Shown: positions 1-12,823 of the stretch, piece by piece
Layout: the number at the start of each line of letters is the position of its first letter
Numbering within the stretch: position 1 is the first letter of the stretch
DNA from: Bispira polyomma
Taxonomy: Eukaryota
NCBI GenBank assembly: GCA_965649765.1
Contig: OZ287756.1
Coordinates: forward strand, 37,510,001 to 37,574,000
Reading direction: 5' to 3'
Length of the DNA: 64,000 bases
Notes under the pieces: model-generated
What the model saw: only the letters and a program-made list of their open reading frames with translations
Databases searched by the model: none
Told to the model about the DNA's origin: nothing
Program-made: the position numbers and the translations under genes

Positions 1-595
1 CTCAATGTCACTCCCCAAATCTATAGTTTTCTATTTTTAAATAAAATACCTCTTCTATTTTACAAATCTGCTCCCATCCAAACAAAGTCTCTGTTTGAAT
101 GTATTTTTTGATATAGTTATTCACTGCATATATCCTGAATGAGAAGTAAAGGGTTGCATGTTATTGTTTTCTATAAAAAGTATGGTATGGCATGAGATGT
201 GTTGTAGGACTGTTTCTATTATTATTATTGTTACAAAACTATATTTTACTACATATAGACTTCCCTAGATCAATGAACTGGAGTTTATATATATTAAAGA
301 CACAGTTTAGTACATATGGACTCTAATATATGAATGAACTGGAGTTGATAAAGTTGTGTGAATTGAACTAGGAGAACTAACATTTCACACAGAATATAGA
401 GAACAGTGGCTGAAGTGTTACTTCATGCTGGGTTTTAAGTGTAATCAATTATAAAAGAAACGTTTACATTCTGTAACAGTAGCATTTTAACTACAACACA
501 AGTTTTGCCTCTAACTTAACAGAAAACTCTGTCACCAACTCCACTCTGCTACATCAATGGTTCTGGTAAGCTAAAGTAATGTTGGGTGTTCTCAC

Positions 596-630
596 CTTGA
601 CACTGAATGTATAATGTCATCCTGTCTCAT
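596..630 (-). CDS. Candidate short alternative first coding exon MRQDDIIHSVS-R (phase 2)
   Basis: aaaATG start; 35 nt to AAG|gtgaga. Same phase as the 1482 donor, so it could splice to the same downstream exon outside the window. Confidence 0.2.
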
Positions 631-1481
631 TTTAAAAACTGCACACACTGTAGTTCCAATTATGACATTATTTGTGAGTTCAACTGAACTACTTTATATG
701 AACCTCAAAGGATAGGAGAAATACTTCTTTATAAGCAGGATTTCCACCCAACAGGGCAGATTTGAAAAAAAGAAGCCTGTTGGGACTCACTGATATTTAT
801 ACACATCCAAGGAAAATTGACTGAACAGAGTTGTAACTGTAAAGGAGTTTGACTTGTAGCATAGTACTGCAAACTCATGCTTTAGTGATAAAGTCGGTCT
901 TAGATATAACCTCCATGCACTTAGTGGAGTCCCTGTCAATGTATATAGAATTAAGACTGGTTTCTACACATATAATATGTGGCTTCCGGCATCTGGATGT
1001 ATGCAGTATATCACTAAACATAGTCATCCAAGTTAGAGGGGTTCTGCATGAGGGATTCTCTACACTGTATTTACAATACTCGGTACAACACAACAAGTCT
1101 TATATCATTTCTAGAAAAGGTATGATAGCTGCTGACTGCATGTTAAATACCGGAGGTATGGAAACCACCTGTAAATGTGTATAGAATATGAGCAAATGTT
1201 TCCGGAATTCACTGGACAGGGTGCAGTCATGTTGGTGTATGAATACATTGTTTAGATAAAATGATTAACACGAAACCTTAACATTAACACTAAACCCTAA
1301 TGCTTTGATAGTAGAAATAGGAAACAAAATATTTTAATTTAAAATTTTTCTTTTTTTATACTTTCAATATGGGCGCGCCTTGTCTCGTGAATTTTAGAGT
1401 TTAGCCAGGCTAAGAAGAGCTGCAGCTCTCCCACTGTGTAAACACTATATGCTGTAAAGTAATACAAGTAATTCCACTTAC

Positions 1482-1603
1482 CCGTCCACCTCTCCATTGT
1501 TACCACTGCCCACTCCTCCAGCAATGCTGACCTTGCGTCTGTCCAGCTTGTTCACACTCTTTGTCCGCTTCAGGTTGGACTTGACCTTTCTGGTAAAGAA
1601 GCT
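1482..1603 (-). CDS. raskol: Shared internal exon of the RasGAP gene (SFFTRKVKSNLKRTKSVNKLDRRKVSIAGGVGSGNNGEVD-G)
   Basis: Minus strand reads ctaac-gcctcttttcag|AGC (branch point, pyrimidine tract, AG) at 1620-1604. Phase 0 matches the donor at 9721. Donor GTAAGT at 1481. Confidence 0.85.
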
Positions 1604-2485
1604 CTGAAAAGAGGCGTTAGATAAGGCTTCATTATAGCTGTGTATGGAGTGAGACATGCCCATGTCTGGAGTACCCGCCAGTGGTGAGCTGACAATACAG
1701 TCCATGGTGGAGGTCTTAGTAAGCTTCCTGGAGCGCTGGTTATCCTGTACATAAGTCAGGATGTCTGGACTGGAGGTACCTAGGCGTAATGAGGATGTCA
1801 TAGGGGTCTTATGTACACTGAGATCACTACCTCCTTGCTCACTCACCTTACCACAACCCTCTGAAGGTCTATAAGCCACCAGTGGTAGTGGGATAGTCAC
1901 AACAAGTCCACTACAACCTCCCAGCTGAGAGCCACACTTTAACTCTTCTCCAGTGTTACATCGTCTTTGTCCCTCTGGAGTACCCAGTTCAAACTTCACC
2001 TGACTCCTCACAGTGTCAGTGGTCTTTTTATCCAGTTTGGGACTCCTCTGGCTGACTTGTTGTTTACATACAGTTGTGTTTCTCTTAGCTTTAGTCGTCA
2101 CATCAATGACAACTCCTTTCTGTGGTTTAGTCACTGCGATTCGTCCCGATGACCGGCCCCATCGTGGACTCTTTAAAAGGTAACTTTTGATGCTGACCGT
2201 GGTATCCTTGTCCTGTGTGTTATGCAGGTTGTGCATAGACGCACACTTTAACTGTTTTTTCTCCTTTCCTCCATTCACTGACTCAATACTACAGGTACTA
2301 GTTTTCCTCAGGTTGGGGCTATTTCCACTGGAAAATAATCTCTTAAAATTGGGTAATCCTAGTTTAGCTCGAGCTGGTGTAGGGCTTTGTTTAGCATGTT
2401 GTGGTCCAGTGGTCAAGTTTCTGACAGAAAGGTCCATCTTTCCCTGTACAGTGGTTTGACCAGGAGATGTGACTGATACAGACAT
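1482..2485 (-). CDS. raskol: Long alternative first coding exon of a SynGAP/DAB2IP/RASAL2(nGAP)-family Ras GTPase-activating protein; about 294-aa S/T/K-rich N-terminus followed by the conserved motif
   Basis: 335-codon ORF, the only long non-repetitive ORF in the window. The ATG at 2485 has an in-frame TAG 3 codons upstream. The C-terminal SFFTRKVKSNLKRTKSVNKLDRRK resembles the remembered DAB2IP/RASAL2/raskol motif (FFSKR..K..KRTKSxxKLDR/ER). The ORF ends at a canonical donor GG|GTAAGT (1482/1481, phase 2). Confidence 0.75.
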
Positions 2486-5400
2486 TGTGGGCTACTCACA
2501 TGGTTCCCAGTAGCAGGCAGATGTTAAGCACTCTCAGTACTCTGTAGAGGACACAATAGGCTCCCACCATAAACATCCAAGTATGGCATTTTGTGTTCTC
2601 ACCATAAATTCAATACATTATCCGCACTAAGTCATCAGAAACATCACCATGAATTTTTTAAACTACTAAAACACATATCATGTACTACATCTGTAAATAA
2701 ACAAGCGTGTGTATCCATTACGTGATTTAGCGGTACTTCTTACACTCCATATATCCACACCAAGCTGAGTGAAATGATTGCTGTAGTTCCTTCAGGGTGT
2801 ACTTGCATACTGAGTGTGTACTTGTACTCTCCCGTCCTTGTATACAATGTGTACACTCACACACTTTCCTTCAGCTCTCCTGTTGTTTATGTTCAAAGCA
2901 TTTAGCAGGCGTTCTTCTCTTTACACAGGGGCTCTGACTTGTATTGACACCAAACAAAGAGCCAGCAAGTGACATGTTATGAGTAACAAGGGGACTTATT
3001 TGGTACACAGGCTTCACACAGGCTCACTTAAACCATTCAAAAGGATCCTACTCCCTCACTAACACCAAGCCATGACTCATTGCATCTCTACATTTACACA
3101 CATTCTCTTAAGACTGATAAAAAACTGACAAATCAATTCTTGTCAGATCGGTGGTGACAAAAGCTTTGAAAACATGCCAAAATGATACAAGCATAATGGA
3201 GATTTTGATTAAAAGCTCTATATCCTGAAGGTGTTCTAGATCTCACTGTTGCAACAAAGCAGTTGATTATTGTCTTGGCACAGAGAGCAGTTTATTCATT
3301 TTAAAAAGCCTGCACTTTAAGTGTAGCACCAGTTTCTACAGCACCCACAGATGACCATATCAGTGGGGGTCATTTGATATTTATGGGAGATGTTACCTGA
3401 CATCCCTTTGTATTAAAACCACAGGGACCTCAGGCATGTGTGAACTACAAATGTCACCAGTTTATAAACTATCACTGGTACAGTAGATCTACATCAAGTA
3501 AAAACTTAAGATTTTTTTTTTGTTTTTTGAAAAATAAATTTAAAATATGATCTGTTGTCCGATTTCTTTTTTCACATAATTCTATTTCATGCACTTATCC
3601 ATTTGTCCATGTGTGTTTAAAAAACATCATACTGTATTAAAATAGGCACTCAAAATACTCTTTCATTACACCCTATCATAATCATCACAAAAGGTCCTAT
3701 AAGGTATTCCTCACAGGACACAAACAGAGAAGTTTGTAATTAAAGAGCTTCATGATTCATTGGCACTGACATCATTCTTGTCACTATCTTACAATGTCAT
3801 AGTACAATTTATAAAGACTAACATCATATTGATTCAGTAAAACAGAATTAATTCACAAGAGGCTAATACTCTATTTTGACACAGAAAATGGCTGATCTCT
3901 TTAGAAGCTTACATAATACAAGAATTCCTTGTTTCTACATGCAAAATTATAGCGTGCCTTCCAATAATGTTTTGTTCAAACAGTTCCTTGTAACATAAAT
4001 GATACAATACAGGAACAGTTGAGTCCACAATATTAAGAATACAAAGTGTCATGACAAATATGGTGTTGATAAAGATACTTCCTCTTATGTTTTTGCTAAT
4101 ACATGACTCTGCAATATGTGTGGTAACTGCCTTATGATAAGACAGCATTTCAACTATCAACTGTACCTGGCAGTGTCTACAATGAGTAATAACACAACCT
4201 GGAGATGTTTGAATCCTGGTGGCTGTTAGACCAATTTATTACACTTAAGATGTAAAACATACTAGTACTAAAGGAAGTTTATGCGTTTAGTTTCTGCCAA
4301 ACATCCACAGACCTTTCACAATGTGACTCACTTGTTTTTACTGGGTTATAGTTGTAGTTACTCCAAACAAATTTAATCGATTAAATCAGGAATCTCTCTC
4401 ACAGTAACTGTTAATCCTTCACTATAACCATTTTAAAAACTTCCATATTTTACCCAGTATTTAATACAGATTTACTTAATCATTTACGTTTATTGCCACT
4501 TCGAGATGTTACAATGTTTTGGCAACAATTAAATTTTAAAATATTTCAAATGGTTGTTTACCAGTTTACAGTCAGCTGTCTATAAGTCCTGATGATCACT
4601 GAGGTGTCAGCAGACCATACATATAATAACATTTTACAAACTGTTCTCTAAGTGGGACTACATGTCTTGTATGATTGTTTCAACTGTAAATGTTGTCCTC
4701 AGACTTGATCCTATTAAGTAAACTCCTGTTCTGATCCACTGAGATACTCCAGGTATCCTGTATCTATTCCAATCCTACCAATGGCCTCACCTCTCCTGTC
4801 TGTGTGTGTTGTTACTGACCACAGTCACAACAGATTAGCTGGACACTTGAAGTGTTCACATTACAGCCTTGTGTTACATATCCCAGCCACACATAGACTG
4901 TAAGTGTTGAGTGAGTAAGTCCAGGAAATACCAGCACACCACTGCATACTCAACTGTACTCAGCAAGGCTTCAGTAGCAGGCTGTAAACAGGAATTCACT
5001 GCTCATCCCACCCACTGCAGGCATATTATCTTAGAGCTTCTCTCAACTTACTCTGCCTAGACTCACACACATTTATATAGTGATACAGTTACACTAATAC
5101 ACTCAACTACATACAGTGTTAAACAATCTTTAAAAAAAATACCAGTATTTTCAAGAGGGCAAATAATAAATACGAGTGTATGTGTTAGAGATTTATAAAT
5201 TTCTCGGTGACTTAAACTAATGGACATTACATGTGGCTGGTAATCTTACCTACAGTGAGCACCTACTTATCGTCTAGAAAATCTAGTAAAACTCTTTATT
5301 AGAACACCAATCTTGTAGTAAAGACCACCCATAGGCCCATAACACTTTATATAAAACTTAGAACAAATGGAGAGTAATTTGTATAATAAATTTTGAAGGC

Positions 5401-5774
5401 AGTATTAAGTACTATAGCTGCCAAGACTACAGCCATGAACACAATAAAACATCAAACTTATTTCACTAAAATGAACATTAGCCATTAGGCGCCTAATAAC
5501 TCTTACTTTTACTCTGTTGCCTCTGGTTCTTTGTCAAAACTCTTCCACTACTGTAATAAGAGACTTTCTCTTAGCCTTGCCTAAGTAATACCACAGAACT
5601 CTATCTAATTGTACCTATGAATAGCATAATATACCCTTATATTCCCACTACCTTTTCCATAGCATATTTATACTTTGTGGCTTGGAGAACTTGTCAGAGA
5701 GTTGTACAAGTATGTTATGCTTGTCAAAATGTATACATATTTCAAACTTTGTAAAGAAAGTAAGGTTATGAAAC

Positions 5775-5945
5775 AAACTTGAGCCTTAAACAAGGTTAAG
5801 TCACCCTTAGATCCAGTATGTCTTGTTTTTCTCAAACTTGAGCCTTAAACAAGGTTAAGTCGCCTCAGATCAAGTGTGTCTTGTTTTCCCTAAACTTGAG
5901 CCTTAAACAAGATTAAGTCCCCTTAGATCAAGTATGTCTTGTTTT
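5775..5945. repeat. Tandem repeat, 58-59 bp x3
   Basis: aaacttgagccttaaacaag... at 5775, 5834 and 5892. Confidence 0.9.
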
Positions 5946-7169
5946 CACTTGCTCCATTCTTTCTCACAACAGTATTGAGCCTGAGTACAGTTGATTTGAG
6001 GTAATCTTTCAGGCCACTGCCTACCCAAACAATCCTAGGGTCAGCCAACCAGGGACCTTGCTACTTTATCCCCTCCCCACTGGTCTAGGGTCCTCTTACA
6101 AATTAACTGATAAGGCATTCTAGGGGTTTACTACAGCTACTGCCTGCATTATATCCTCTACATATGCATTCTACAGTACCAGGAACCAAAGGAACCATTT
6201 AAAGCCTGCTAGAAAAACAAATATCAAGGCAATCTTACCAATTTGTATCAGGACAATAGATTTAGTGTTTAGAACAATTATCTATGGCCATTGTTGATTG
6301 TAGTCCTTTATTTAGATTGTAATATATCGATTTAGTTAAGTTACCTCTTTAGGAAATGTTAATTAGTGACCTTGAAAAGATTCTGCCTTGAATCTTTACC
6401 ATGCCTAAACCTGACATATTATAGAGAGTAAAAGTAATTTATTCCGCTTAAAACAAGTAATGCTTCAATTTGTTCCATTTGTTGATGTACACACTTTTCC
6501 ATTAATTGCTGCACCAGTATTATACCTTTATCAGACCATCCACCAAGTTTGTCTGTAATTTGAATCAATATCAAAGCTATCATATGCACATGAGCTCCCC
6601 TCTTATGTGGGGATTCTTGATTATTGCTAGTTTTTATAAAGCACTACTAGATTGTCGGTGACATCTGTCTCATGATATACTGTCTCCTTTACTGTTGAGG
6701 ACACACCCACAGGTAATCACCAATCCATGAAGTGTGTGATCTTGTGTACAAACATACAGTGCCATACACACATGCACCATGTATTAGCTAGAGTTGTGTC
6801 CTCTAGTCCCTCTCACTACCACACAGGTCTTAACTAGGCCTATTTAATATTCATAAGCTGTGGGGACATGCAGAAGGCTGCCTTCAGTACAAATACTACA
6901 TTCAGTGAGAATAGTCAATATTCACACCTCTCTCTCTCCTTTGTAAGCAGATGTTTCAGCCCTCCAGCCCTCGGAGGACAAATCAACTGGCAACCTGCTC
7001 TCAAACTGAATAGAATTTATGTCTCAAATCACTGAACTGCCTCAATGGATTCCACCATTTCTTACAACTGCCTTAGTACATTATAAAGGTTTAAATTTTC
7101 TCATATAGCTTTTGCAAAGATATTTACAAATACAAAATACACAAGACATACAAACTGCCTCAACCAGGT

Positions 7170-7910
7170 CATATCACCAAAACTACTCCGGGAACTCAAA
7201 TACATTATACCCATACACCTGTACATATCACTAAACCTACTCCAGGAACTCAAATACATTATACCCATACACCTGTACATATCACCAAAACTACTCCGGG
7301 AACTCAAATACATTATACCCATACACCTGTACATATCACTAAACCTACTCCAGGGACTCAAATACATTATACCCATACACTTGTACATATCACTAAACCT
7401 ACTCCAGGAACTAAAATACATTATACCCATACACTAGTACATATCACTAAAACTACTCCAGGAACTAAAATACATTGTACCCATACACTTGTACATATCA
7501 CTAAACCTACTCCAGGAACTAAAATACATTATACCCATACACTTGTACATACCACTAAAACTAGTCCAGGGACTCAAATAGATTGTACCCATACACTTGT
7601 ACATATCACTAAAACTACTCCAGGAACTCAAATACATTATACCCATACACTTGTACATATCACTAAAACTACTCCAGGGACTCAAATACATTGTACCCAT
7701 ACACTTGTACATATCACTAAAACTACTCCAGGAACTCAAATACATTGTACCCATACACTTGTACATATCACTAAAACTACTTCAGGGACTCAAATACATT
7801 GTACCCATACACTTGTACATATCACTAAAACTACTTCAGGGACTCAAATACATGATACCCATACACTTGTATATATCACTAAACCTACTCCAAGTAGTCT
7901 ACAGGGACTC
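7170..7910. repeat. Minisatellite, 54 bp x ~13.5
   Basis: Unit catatcactaaaactactccaggaactcaaatacattatacccatacacttgta; gives 18-aa periodic ORFs. Confidence 0.95.
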
Positions 7911-8491
7911 AAATTGTTAAAGGAATTTTCATGTCAACTGGAGAAGTTTTCTCAGCCCTTTTTTCTTTTGTTTCTGTTATTTATACACAATAGATTTATT
8001 ACATTACAATGAAATACATGCTGATAAGTATTTCTGGGTATTTGTTATGTTTTCAACATAAACACTCACTAATGTCTCACTTGCTGTAAGAAGTAACAGC
8101 TGCTAGATTCAGTGATAATTCTAAAGATAATGGTTATCTATTCCTCTTTATTTCAACCAGATATTTTTTTTACTGAATCACCACTCTCTATTTAATGTTT
8201 CTTTCTGATAAGATCAACCATATTTCCCAGTGTTCAAATATTTTTCAAATCAACAATGTACTAATGCAAGTTAAAAATAAAATCATACATGGGTACCTTG
8301 TGTACATGCTCTGACAAAGGTTCCTGCAAATATTGGGCTTTTTTTATAAACAATATTTTATTGGAACAAAACAATCAGGCAAAAATCAAAAAGATTATTA
8401 TAAAGCCTTCTTGCAGGAGGAAGGGACTATTTTAGAAATTACATGTGTCATTTTTATACTAATATCAACCACCTATATATTGCAAGATTTA

Positions 8492-8837
8492 TGGCCCATT
8501 CACATTGCAACGAATCCGGATAAACGGATTCGTTGGTTGGTATAAATTAACAGGAGCATTCACACTGCAACAAATCAGGATAATGATCTAGAAATTCGGT
8601 AACGATCAAATGTTGCACGAATCTTTTTTCTAATTTCCGCCCGAATTGTTGAGGGAGATAAATAATAGCATGTGGAAATAAACTACACCACCTAAACTAT
8701 TAGAAAAAGTGACACATGTGCGCAGGATTCGGCCGAATATTTCGCTTGTGTATGTACTGTAAGTGTATAAAATTCGTTTTTATGTATACTACCGAATTCC
8801 TTGATAAATACGGATTCGGTGCAATATAAATGTACCA
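8492..8837. mobile_element. PIF/Harbinger-type MITE (family A, copy 1), 346 bp
   Basis: Imperfect TIR tggcccattcacattgcaacgaatcc / ggattcggtgcaatataaatgtacca; TTA target duplication; second copy at 53022. Confidence 0.85.
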
Positions 8838-8939
8838 TTACTCTGTTAAAATAAGGGTAAAATATGTTTTTGTTTAACAATATTTAGGATTTAATAAGTG
8901 ACTGAACACTAAGCAAGTTCCTTTATATATATTGTTTTT

Positions 8940-9187
8940 TTAACAGTCTCCCAGTTGACCTCAGATCAGTTGACACACTTATCGGTTTTAGGAAAAAGCT
9001 TAAGACCTATCTTTTTAATCTTGCCTTCCCACTTTAGCTTCCCTCATGCATGCTCCCACTTCCCTCTTTACGACTTTGCAATTTCCATGGACTTAATGAT
9101 TGGACTAATGATTCTGCTGTTGTGCTTTAGAAGATGCCTAGCATCAATAAAGTGTGTTAAAAATCTATAATAATAATAATAATAATT
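8940..9187 (+). mobile_element. L2 LINE 3' fragment with (TAA)n tail
   Basis: FRKKLKTYLF-like ORF2 end; 3'UTR gctttagaagatgcc..catcaataaag matches 39190-39240; ends in TAA repeats. Confidence 0.7.
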
Positions 9188-9720
9188 TTAGGTTATCATT
9201 TCTACTAATAAATCCTTTCTACCATATATGCTTTACTAATGGGCATTACATGTATTCCAATTTTATTATCAAGGGTTTCCTTGGAAGGAAGAGAACAGTT
9301 GAAATCTTTTAAAGATTTGTAGGAAATTAATTTTCTCTCTATATATTATAGTAATGGGTGATGTCAAACTTGGGACTTCAAATAGTCCTAAAAGGTTTTT
9401 CATATTCATGTCACTTGAATCTTTATTACCTGCATATCTATAATCTGAATATTGTTCAGAAACTTATTGTGAACCCACGTTTATTTTTAAAAGTATTCCC
9501 GAAGTACTCTAATAATGGAGATTCTATAGTGTATTCTAATGACTGTATCAAAATAGAAACTGTGGTATTTTTTATGATACATACAAACCAGAAGATCATG
9601 TCTTGGTGTAGCTGTGGTGCTGTGTCAATGCCTATCTGACTATGCAATGTTTAATTATTATAACTGAAATCCATTGTCTGGATTGTTTAAAGGATATCTT
9701 ATTACACAATGCCTACATAC

Positions 9721-9827
9721 CGTGAGCTTGCTCTGACCATTGTCCACACTGACATGTGTACTCAGACTGGACACTGCAGGCACACTACTGCGTCTCTCTC
9801 CTAGACCACTCTTCTCGTAGGCAGAGT
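9721..9827 (-). CDS. raskol: Internal exon of the RasGAP gene (D-SAYEKSGLGERRSSVPAVSSLSTHVSVDNGQSKLT), 107 nt
   Basis: Acceptor ttgtgttgtag|AC (phase 1) and donor ACG|gtatgt (phase 0); joins 1603 in frame. The peptide resembles the remembered raskol-type segment DTSYEK..RRGSAP that precedes the KRTKS motif. Confidence 0.8.
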
Positions 9828-10050
9828 CTACAACACAAACAGACAAGTATGTCACAGAGTCTACAACACAAACAGACAAGTATGTTATAGAGTCTACAAC
9901 ACAAACAGACAAGTATGTCACAGAGTCTACAACACAAACAGACAAGTATGTCATAGAGTCTACAACACAAACAGACAAGTATGTCACAGAGTCTACCACA
10001 CAAACAGACAAGTATGTCACAGAGTCTACAACACAAACAGACAAATATCT
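9823..10050. repeat. 33-bp minisatellite x7 made of the splice acceptor of the 9827 exon
   Basis: Units agagtctacaacacaaacagacaagtatgtcac start at 9823, 9856, 9889, 9922, 9955, 9988 and 10021. Confidence 0.95.
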
Positions 10051-11358
10051 TACTGAGATGACAATGTACAAGCAATATACAAACATGTTACTTAGTCTAC
10101 AATGTACAAGCAATATACAAATATGTTACTGAGATTGCAATGTAGCACAAATATACAAATATGTCAGCCATCTATGGTTCAAACTATGTACATTTACAGA
10201 TCCAATTAAAAACTGGACCCTCAGGATTTCGGTCAAATTAACAAAGTTACAATGATCCTACCATGTTTAAACAACTGTGCAGGAGTTTGCGACATGAGAG
10301 AAGAAACAGTGACCGCCAGTTCTGTGCAACAGTACTTAGTAATAATCTAAGTTGATTTAATCTGATTACACCTGAACCATGGTGACTTGTGTTTAGGATA
10401 ATCAACTAGGTGGTACCTGAACGGCAACCATTTGCCCTAATCTTAAAGCTTACAGCAGAGTTGATAAAAGTACAATAAACGTGTATGTTCGCTCAGCATT
10501 TCCCAAATGATAGCCTTAACAATTAGCACATTGGCAGTTACCAGCAAGTAATGGTACCAGAAACTTCAATAGAAAGTTCAAAACCGAAATTATTACCAGT
10601 TCTGGGTATTGAAAATCTCATGTTATATGAGTGCATTATTGGTCCATATACATTTATTTGGAATATGAAAGAATGTTGGATATCAAATCTTCTAGAGACA
10701 GATTTTTGGAAATAAACATTTCCAAGAAAACACTTCACTCTGATGCTGTCTGTGTAAGTGTGTCTGGGTACATTGGACACACTGAGTAACATCTATCAAC
10801 AAATCATGAAACAAAGACTGTTTAACCATGCATTATTTAAGTATGAAACTTACACCTGCCCCTTTGGTACGTTTCATGTGAATTCATCTGAATCATTTAT
10901 ACAGTGCTAATTTCATGAGTCATGAGAGTTCATCCTCCAATATGCTTTCTCAATAATTGACAAGGATGTTATTCCCACGGACTACTGTGGTGGTGCTGGG
11001 ATTTAAACCTGCGAGATGTCGATCATCAGACCAATATGTAATCAATACAGCGAGGAAGACGACAATTAATGTGTCATTACAATTAATACAAGGGTACATT
11101 TGGACTTTTGAGAGAAACATCTAACAGAAGAATTCAACTTGTATGCACACTTTTAACTATGGAAAAATTCTATTATAAAAAACAAATACTTTGTTTTATT
11201 ATTCAGTGTGTCACATACTGATAAAAAATACTGAGGACTTCAGTAATTATTTTGTCGTGGTGGAAAACATTTAATATTATAGATAGCCAGATACACATAA
11301 AGGCACCCTAAGTGTAAGATACTTTTAACCGCTATGTACATGTCGGTTCAAATGTATA

Positions 11359-12107
11359 TGTCACAGTGGAGACTCCGATTCAAGGGAAAGGGCGATTCCA
11401 CTAGTGGAGATCCTGATCGGAGTTTCCACTAGTGAAGATCCCGATCTATTATTTAAGGACTGCAATCGCAGTTTCCACTAGGGGAAGCTTTGATTGGAGT
11501 CTCCACTAGTGGAATCGCTGATTCCCCTGGCCCTAGGCTCTGACCCTGACTCTTCCTCTTACATAAACATCAACAAAAACAAATTCAGAATTTAGGGAAA
11601 TACTTTATTCATATTATAACATTTTATATATTATTCATGTTACAACAATTACAAGTTGATACAGTGAAGTGCTCAGTTAGTTTGGCCCAGTATAAGCTCA
11701 GCTTTCTGGAATAGTACAGTTATTTGAAACAATATAATAATATAGGGTATTCTATTGTTTATATCATAAAAGTGGAAATTTTAAAAACTATAAATACAAC
11801 CAATGACATAAATTTATACTTTGTCCCAGTATAAGCTTAGCTTTCTAGAATAGTTATTTTAAACAATTTGATGACATAGGATATTCTATTGTTCATATTA
11901 TACTATTCATATGTTATTATTGGATTATACCTGTAGTTCATTATCAGCAAAAACCTCTACAAACCTTCAGAATTAGCATTTTATATTTTGTTGCACAAAA
12001 ATCTCATTACCACATATTGTATTGACATTACAAAGCCTAGGGCCAGGGGAATCAGCGATTTCACTAGTGGAGATTCTGATCCTAAAATCGGAGTCTCCAC
12101 TGTGACA
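11359..12107. mobile_element. Non-autonomous DNA transposon (MITE) with TIRs and subterminal CCACTAGTGG palindromes
   Basis: TIR tgtcacagtggagactccgatt / aatcggagtctccactgtgaca with TATA on both flanks; second inverted pair gattcccctggccctaggct / agcctagggccaggggaatc. Confidence 0.85.
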
Positions 12108-12493
12108 TATATTTTTAGAAACACCTCTGATGTGGAGTATTGTAAGTATAAATGATAAGGGAACAAGATCTACATGGATAGACCATAGATTCTATATATA
12201 GACCATGAATTGATGTAGATATGTTTAAAGTAATTCTATCTGGACACCTTGTTGAAGTGCTGGCTCTGTGTACAGTAGTGGGTATGCTTTGCATGAAATA
12301 TAGCACATTTCAGAAATCACTTTCTTGTGTTTTTCAATTCTGTCTGATTTTAGTCCTGCAGTGACAAAATATCACATTCGTACACTACACGTTGTGTCAA
12401 GTAAAAACCCAAAACAAAGTGTCTTTCAAACCACTACGGACAGTTTAAATGTTTCCAAGATTTAGCACCATAGGTATGATATCAATACTGTAA

Positions 12494-12823
12494 GCCTACT
12501 TTTCCTTTCAGGATGTTTTTCTCAGCCGACGTTGGCCGATTTTATTGCTCTCTATATAATACAACCAAGTGCTTCCTTTCAGAATATTTACGTCAGATCC
12601 GATCAGACGTTGGCCAACGTATGTTTGGGTAACAGATTTTATCTGTCAGGGAGGGAAAAATCAGGAGGACTGACCGATTTTGAAACAAAAATTGCTGCAA
12701 AAATGCTATCACAGGTATAGTTTTTATCCTATACATACTCAATATTCGTCCGATGTTGACTTAAAAAACGGCATGAGAACACACATTAGCCGACGTCGGA
12801 ATATGCTGAAAGGAAGCGTAGGC
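12494..12823. mobile_element. PIF/Harbinger-type MITE, 330 bp
   Basis: TIR gcctacttttcctttcag / ctgaaaggaagcgtaggc; TAA on both flanks; CpG-rich interior. Confidence 0.8.

Noticed and set aside
849-1184. ORFs at 849-1184 (+) and 875-1096 (-) as the next RasGAP exon
   Set aside because: The expected downstream SRSHESLL-type motif was not found; the next conserved exon probably lies outside the window.
7101-7920. Met/Cys/Tyr-rich repetitive ORFs
   Set aside because: Translation of the 54-bp minisatellite.
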